Source: Ilumatobacteraceae bacterium
GTDB taxonomy: Bacteria; Actinomycetota; Acidimicrobiia; Acidimicrobiales; Ilumatobacteraceae
Direction of reading: 5' to 3'
Assembly: GCA_023254985.1 (NCBI GenBank)
Contig: JALRJT010000015.1
Coordinates: 1-28,155 of the forward strand
Length of the DNA stretch: 28,155 bases
Positions 23,691-28,155 of the stretch are shown piece by piece (the stretch's first letter is position 1; every line of letters starts with the position of its first letter). Made by a program: the position numbers and the translations under genes. The notes under the pieces were generated by a model. That model saw only the letters and a list, made by a program, of their open reading frames with translations, was not told the origin of the DNA and searched no databases.

Positions 23691-24575
23691 ATGCAACCCA
23701 CCATTCCCCTCGTCGCCGTCGTTACTGGTGCCAATTCCGGTATCGGTCGGGCCACGGCCCTCCATCTGGCCTCGAACGGATACCGAGTCTTTGGCACCGT
23801 CCGTTCGCTCGATCGCGCCACCAAGCTGCTCGACAAGGCGAAGTCCCTCGGAGTCACCGTCGAGATCATCGAGATGGACGTCGCAGATTCACAGTCCGTC
23901 ATAGGTGGTTTTGCCGACATCTTCCGCGCAACACACCACGTTGATGTCCTCGTCAACAACGCCGGAGTCGGCGGGAATGGTGTCGTCGAAGAGTCGACAC
24001 CGGAGATGCTCGAGGCATCGTTCAACGTAAACGTCTCAGGTGCGGTGCGCTGCATCCAGCAGGTCCTGCCACAGATGCGCGAACGGCGTTCGGGCACGAT
24101 CGTCAACGTCACAAGCGTCGTCGGCCGACTGGCTGCGATCGCCCAAGCACCATACGTTGCATCCAAGTGGGCGCTCGAAGGAGTGAGCGAAGAACTCGCG
24201 CATGAAGTCGCGCCGTTCGGGATTCGCGTCGCAATCGTCGAACCTGGCGTCACCAAATCGTCGATCTTTGCCAAGAACATCGATTCGCCGAATGCCACGG
24301 GTGCCTACGACGTGCACTATCGCCGAATGTTCCAGTTCTACGCAGCAGGCATAGCCAACGCATCGCCGGCTGAAGAGGTCGCTCGCGTGATTGAACGCGC
24401 AATCTCGACAGATGCTCCAGTGCTTCGCTATGCCTGCTCGTGGGGCGGCGAGAGCATCATTGAGGGTCGTGAAACCTTGAGCGACGAAGAATGGATTGCC
24501 CTCGGTGCGCTCGACGATGAGGCTTATCTTTCGCGGTTTGAGGACGTCTTCGGGGTCGATCTCCACAAAAGTTGA
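23691..24575 (+). CDS. Classical short-chain dehydrogenase/reductase
   Basis: VVTGANSGIG, DVLVNNAG, NVTS, YVASK (YxxxK), EVAPFGIRVAIVEPG. Confidence 0.92.
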   Translation: MQPTIPLVAVVTGANSGIGRATALHLASNGYRVFGTVRSLDRATKLLDKAKSLGVTVEIIEMDVADSQSVIGGFADIFRATHHVDVLVNNAGVGGNGVVEESTPEMLEASFNVNVSGAVRCIQQVLPQMRERRSGTIVNVTSVVGRLAAIAQAPYVASKWALEGVSEELAHEVAPFGIRVAIVEPGVTKSSIFAKNIDSPNATGAYDVHYRRMFQFYAAGIANASPAEEVARVIERAISTDAPVLRYACSWGGESIIEGRETLSDEEWIALGALDDEAYLSRFEDVFGVDLHKS

Positions 24576-24602
24576 CAAGTTTGGTCGGGATTTAGATATC
24601 CT
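24572..24602 (+). promoter_or_regulatory. Housekeeping-sigma promoter of the peroxiredoxin gene
   Basis: TTGACA (24572-24577), 19-nt spacer, TATCCT (24597-24602). AAGGAG SD before ATG 24631. Confidence 0.55.
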
Positions 24603-24630
24603 GTCACTCCACCCGCACCAAGGAGCCACC

Positions 24631-25263
24631 ATGCCAGTTCGCCTCGGAGACATCGCCCCCGACTTCACCGCCGACACCACCCAGGGAACGATCTCGTTCC
24701 ACGACTGGCTCGGCGACTCGTGGGGAGTGCTGTTCAGCCACCCGAAGGACTTCACCCCAGTGTGCACAACCGAGCTCGGCTACGTCGCACACATCAAGCC
24801 CGAGTTCGACAAACGCAACGTGAAGGTGATCGGTTTGTCCGTGGACAGCGTCGAGTCACACCACAAGTGGGAGGGCGACATCGGTGAGACCCAAGGAACG
24901 CCAGTCAACTTTCCGATGATCGGTGACTCTGAGCGCAAGGTCAGCGACCTCTACGACATGATTCATCCGAACGCGAATGACACCCTCACCGTGCGCAGCG
25001 TGTTCGTGATCGGGCCAGATAAGAAGGTCAAACTCTCGATCACCTACCCTGCATCGACTGGCCGCAACTTCGACGAAATATTGCGCGTGATCGACTCCCT
25101 GCAACTCACCGCCAAGCACAAGGTCGCCACGCCAGCGAACTGGGAACAGGGCGAAGATGTCATCATTGGAGCCGCAGTCAGCGACGACGAGGCAAAGACG
25201 CTCTTCCCGAACGGATGGAAATCGGTAAAGCCATACCTGCGCGTCGTACCGCAACCGAAGTAA
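24631..25263 (+). CDS. 1-Cys peroxiredoxin (Prx6 subfamily)
   Basis: LFSHPKDFTPVCTTELG, LSVD, TVRSVFVIGPD, YPASTGRNFDEILRVIDSLQLT and ATPANW. Confidence 0.95.
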   Translation: MPVRLGDIAPDFTADTTQGTISFHDWLGDSWGVLFSHPKDFTPVCTTELGYVAHIKPEFDKRNVKVIGLSVDSVESHHKWEGDIGETQGTPVNFPMIGDSERKVSDLYDMIHPNANDTLTVRSVFVIGPDKKVKLSITYPASTGRNFDEILRVIDSLQLTAKHKVATPANWEQGEDVIIGAAVSDDEAKTLFPNGWKSVKPYLRVVPQPK

Positions 25264-25280
25264 GCGTTCACCGATAGTCC

Positions 25281-25310
25281 AGCACCCTCGTCATGAGTGA
25301 CGAGGGTGCT
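25281..25310 (+). terminator. Perfect 13-bp hairpin after the peroxiredoxin stop
   Basis: AGCACCCTCGTCA-tgag-TGACGAGGGTGCT, 17 nt after TAA; no long U-tract, which is common in actinobacteria. Confidence 0.65.
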
Positions 25311-25327
25311 TCATAGACTGAAGTCCT

Positions 25328-26077
25328 ATGAACTCCCCCACGTTGACCTCAACTTCACCTGCCGCGTCCGCAGTCACGGTGCGCAAGATCTACGGCACCG
25401 GAGACAGCGAAGTTCGCGCACTGGATGGCGTCACCGTCTCGTTCGAGCGAGGCAAGTTCACCGCGATCATGGGACCGAGCGGCTCAGGCAAGTCGACGCT
25501 CATGCACTGCATGGCCGGTTTGGACTCACTCACCGAAGGCGAGGTCTCGATCGGGTCAACGACGCTCGCGGGCCTTTCCGACAAAGAGCTCACGATGCTC
25601 CGACGCAAACAGATCGGTTTCGTCTTCCAGGCGTTCAACCTCATTCCAACCCTGAGTGCGTATGAAAACATCGTGTTGCCACTCTCCCTCGACGGCGCAA
25701 CAGGTGATGCCACGTGGATCGACTCGGTGATCGACACCATCGGTCTGCGTGACCGCCTCGACCACCGCCCGAGTGAACTCTCAGGTGGTCAGCAACAGCG
25801 TGTCGCTGTCGCGCGCGCACTGGCCAGCAAGCCGGCGATCATCTTCGCCGACGAACCAACGGGCAACCTCGATTCGCGAACCGGTGGCGAAGTACTCGGC
25901 TTCATGCGTCGAGCCGTCACCGATCTTGGGCAGACGATCGTGATGGTGACGCACGACGCCGTGGCTGCGAGTTATGCAGATCGCATCGTGTTCCTGAAGG
26001 ACGGCAAGCTCGCGGGCGAGATGGTGTCCCCGACGCCGGACAAGGTCCTCGACTTCCTAAAGCACCTCGGGGAGTAG
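25328..26077 (+). CDS. ABC transporter ATP-binding protein (LolD/MacB type)
   Basis: GPSGSGKS Walker A, IGFVFQAFNL, LSGGQQQRV, IIFADEPTGNLD and MVTHD. Confidence 0.95.
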   Translation: MNSPTLTSTSPAASAVTVRKIYGTGDSEVRALDGVTVSFERGKFTAIMGPSGSGKSTLMHCMAGLDSLTEGEVSIGSTTLAGLSDKELTMLRRKQIGFVFQAFNLIPTLSAYENIVLPLSLDGATGDATWIDSVIDTIGLRDRLDHRPSELSGGQQQRVAVARALASKPAIIFADEPTGNLDSRTGGEVLGFMRRAVTDLGQTIVMVTHDAVAASYADRIVFLKDGKLAGEMVSPTPDKVLDFLKHLGE

Positions 26078-26080
26078 TCG

Positions 26081-28155
26081 ATGTTGCGCCTCTCCCTGCG
26101 CATGACGCTCGCCCGCAAGGGCCGGCTCGTGCTGACGTCACTGGCGATCATCCTCGGCACCGGCTTCCTGTCGGGGACGTTGATCTTCTCCGACACGTTG
26201 AACAAGACGTTCGATCGACTCTTCGCCGACGTGTTCCGTGACGTCGATGCTTACGTTCGCTCATCGCAATTCGTCGAGGTTGGTTTCGGCGGTGAGCAGC
26301 GGGCTCAGACCCCGATTGCTTCGCTCGAGACAGTGCTCTCCGTCGACGGTGTCGACGACGCAACTGGTGACATCCAGGCGTTTGCTCGCATCATCGCCAA
26401 GGACGGCACGCCGATGGGTTCCGAGAACGGCCCGCCGACGTTCGGTGGCATCGCCACGGAATCACTCGCCGGTCTGTGGACCATCGAGGATGGTCGCCTG
26501 CCGGTTGGTCCGACGGAAATGGTGATGGACGCCGCAACGGCGGAGAACGCCGACTATTCGATTGGCGATCGAGTCCGAGTGACCGCTCAGAAAGGCAGTC
26601 GCACCTTCACCCTCGTCGGCATCGCCAACTACGGCGACGTGAGTTCACCAGGTGGTGCAACGTTCGCGCTGTTCGACCAACCCACCGCATCGGAGTTCCT
26701 CCTTCGCGAGGGGTACGTCGATGCATTCCTCGTCAAGGGTGATGGCCTGCTTTCAGACGAAGACCTCGCCGCGCGAATCACCGCATCACTCGATCCGACG
26801 CTCAAGTTGGAGACGCTCACTGGAGCAGAGATCACCAAGGAGACCCAGGACCAAATCGGTCAGGTGCTCAGCTTTTTGACCATCTTCCTCACCGCCTTCT
26901 CTCTCATCGCCCTCGGCATCGGCTGCTTCGTCATCTACAACGTGTTCTCGATCACGATTGCCCAGCGTCTGCGTGAAAACGCCCTGTTGCGAGCAATCGG
27001 TGCGAGCAAGCGCCAGGTGTCGACGGGCATGTTCGTCGAGGCCGGAGTCATCGGTGTCGTCGGGTCGCTCCTCGGATTCGCCTCGGGTATCGGACTGTCG
27101 CAAGCACTGAGCGCACTCCTCAATGCCTTCGGGGTTGAGATCCCGACGAAGGGCCTCAGTGTGAGTGTGAACACCCTCGTCGTCACGGTGCTCGTCGGCA
27201 CGATCGTCACGCTCCTCTCTGCAATCTTCCCGGCTCTACGGGCTGGTCGCGTTCCTCCCCTCGCCGCACTACGTGACACTGCACTCGAAGTCGTCGAGCG
27301 TCGTGGTCGTCGAGTCCTCATCGGCCTCATCGTTTCCGGTCTCGGGGCGCTTGGCATCACGATCACCGCACTTGGTGGTTCGAACAACTTCCTCGGAATC
27401 GGCATCCTCTTGGTCTTTGCCGGAGTGATCATCGTCGGACCTGCAATCGCCAAGCCCGTCGCACTCTCGCTCGGTCGTCCGATCGAACGCTGGCGTGGGG
27501 TCACCGGCTCGATGGCGCGCCAGAACGCTGCGCGCAACCCGAAGCGCACCGCTCGCACCGCTGCACCTGTCCTCATCGGCGTCGCGCTCGTCACCGCGTT
27601 CACCGCGTTCGCGGCAAGCCTGCGTTCGGAGATTCGCGACACCATCGGATCTTCGTTCCGTGGTGACTACGCCTTGAGTGTCGACAGCCAGGGCTTCGGT
27701 GGCATCCCACTCACCGTCACCGACCAAATTGCTGAACTGGACGAGGTCGCTCAAGCAACAGGTATCGGTTTCGTGTCGGTGAAATTCGGCGAGGACACGC
27801 GGTTCGCTGTTGCAATCGATCCCTCGACGACGAGTGGGCTGTACGACTTCACCATGCTCGAGGGTCGCCAAGACACACTGACGCCCACGGGAGTTCTGGT
27901 CTCCAAGACGGTCGCGACGAACAAGGGTCTGACCGTCGGCTCCAACATCCCCATCACGCTCCTCGATGGCAACATCGTGAAAGCAAAAGTCGAGGGGATC
28001 TTCGACGGCGAGGGCACGTTCGGTAATTACGTCGTGAATCGTGAACTATTCACCGATACTTCGACGCCGCTATTCAACAACTACGTGTACATCGTGAAGA
28101 ACCTAACGGCCTCAGACGAGGATCTCAAGGCAGCAGTCTCCACGATCACCACCGA
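26081..28155 (+). CDS. FtsX/MacB-like ABC permease with duplicated FtsX domains (3'-truncated by window)
   Basis: ATG 26081: MLRLSLRMTLARKGRLVLTSLAIILGTGFLSGTLIFSDTL. Also IYNVFSITIAQR..ALLRAIGASKRQV and NAARNPKRTARTA. I saw no stop in the stretches checked, and the frame appears open to the end. Confidence 0.92.
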   Translation, partial: MLRLSLRMTLARKGRLVLTSLAIILGTGFLSGTLIFSDTLNKTFDRLFADVFRDVDAYVRSSQFVEVGFGGEQRAQTPIASLETVLSVDGVDDATGDIQAFARIIAKDGTPMGSENGPPTFGGIATESLAGLWTIEDGRLPVGPTEMVMDAATAENADYSIGDRVRVTAQKGSRTFTLVGIANYGDVSSPGGATFALFDQPTASEFLLREGYVDAFLVKGDGLLSDEDLAARITASLDPTLKLETLTGAEITKETQDQIGQVLSFLTIFLTAFSLIALGIGCFVIYNVFSITIAQRLRENALLRAIGASKRQVSTGMFVEAGVIGVVGSLLGFASGIGLSQALSALLNAFGVEIPTKGLSVSVNTLVVTVLVGTIVTLLSAIFPALRAGRVPPLAALRDTALEVVERRGRRVLIGLIVSGLGALGITITALGGSNNFLGIGILLVFAGVIIVGPAIAKPVALSLGRPIERWRGVTGSMARQNAARNPKRTARTAAPVLIGVALVTAFTAFAASLRSEIRDTIGSSFRGDYALSVDSQGFGGIPLTVTDQIAELDEVAQATGIGFVSVKFGEDTRFAVAIDPSTTSGLYDFTMLEGRQDTLTPTGVLVSKTVATNKGLTVGSNIPITLLDGNIVKAKVEGIFDGEGTFGNYVVNRELFTDTSTPLFNNYVYIVKNLTASDEDLKAAVSTITT

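Noticed and set aside
2830-24145. Scattered GCGATCGC (HIP1-like) octamers and frequent TCGA/CGATCG
   Set aside because: Only a handful seen, compatible with codon usage (GCG-ATC-GC); enrichment not computed.
1-28155. CRISPR arrays, tRNA/rRNA genes, transposases, integrases, defence systems
   Set aside because: The longest intergenic gap is about 170 bp, no repeat-spacer pattern or cloverleaf was seen, and every long ORF has a housekeeping-type assignment.

Overview
Compact, roughly 60% GC core-chromosome segment of an actinobacterium. Two WhiB genes, a RegX3-like regulator and an MreB suggest class Acidimicrobiia (inference). I found no tRNA/rRNA, CRISPR array, prophage or IS element. Left to right: the end of a coproporphyrin-dependent heme operon (hemE'-hemH-hemY) running into lnt and an aldose 1-epimerase. 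Next is a four-gene set resembling the mycobacterial 3-O-methylmannose polysaccharide (MMP) cluster (GT4 ManT-like, SAM methyltransferase, MmpH-like alpha/alpha-barrel hydrolase, MeT1-like 1-O-methyltransferase), here with a pterin carbinolamine dehydratase, a translationally coupled GH1 glycosidase and an adjacent tesB. A divergent locus follows: moaE, a small membrane protein and an orphan mreB whose catalytic Glu is Gln on one side, and an HtrA-like protein lacking its triad plus a zincin lacking its Zn ligands on the other. Then a phosphate/polyphosphate cluster (ppk1-phoU-regX3-MFS, and ppx) with PHO-box-like 11-nt repeats, two whiB genes, an orphan tatA absent from the ORF track, ftcD, a stand-alone class III cyclase, an SDR, a 1-Cys peroxiredoxin and a MacB/FtsX-type ABC exporter truncated by the window end. 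Many genes look leaderless (TANNNT 6-7 nt before the start codon). All family assignments come from motif recognition and recall of known sequences; no database search was run.
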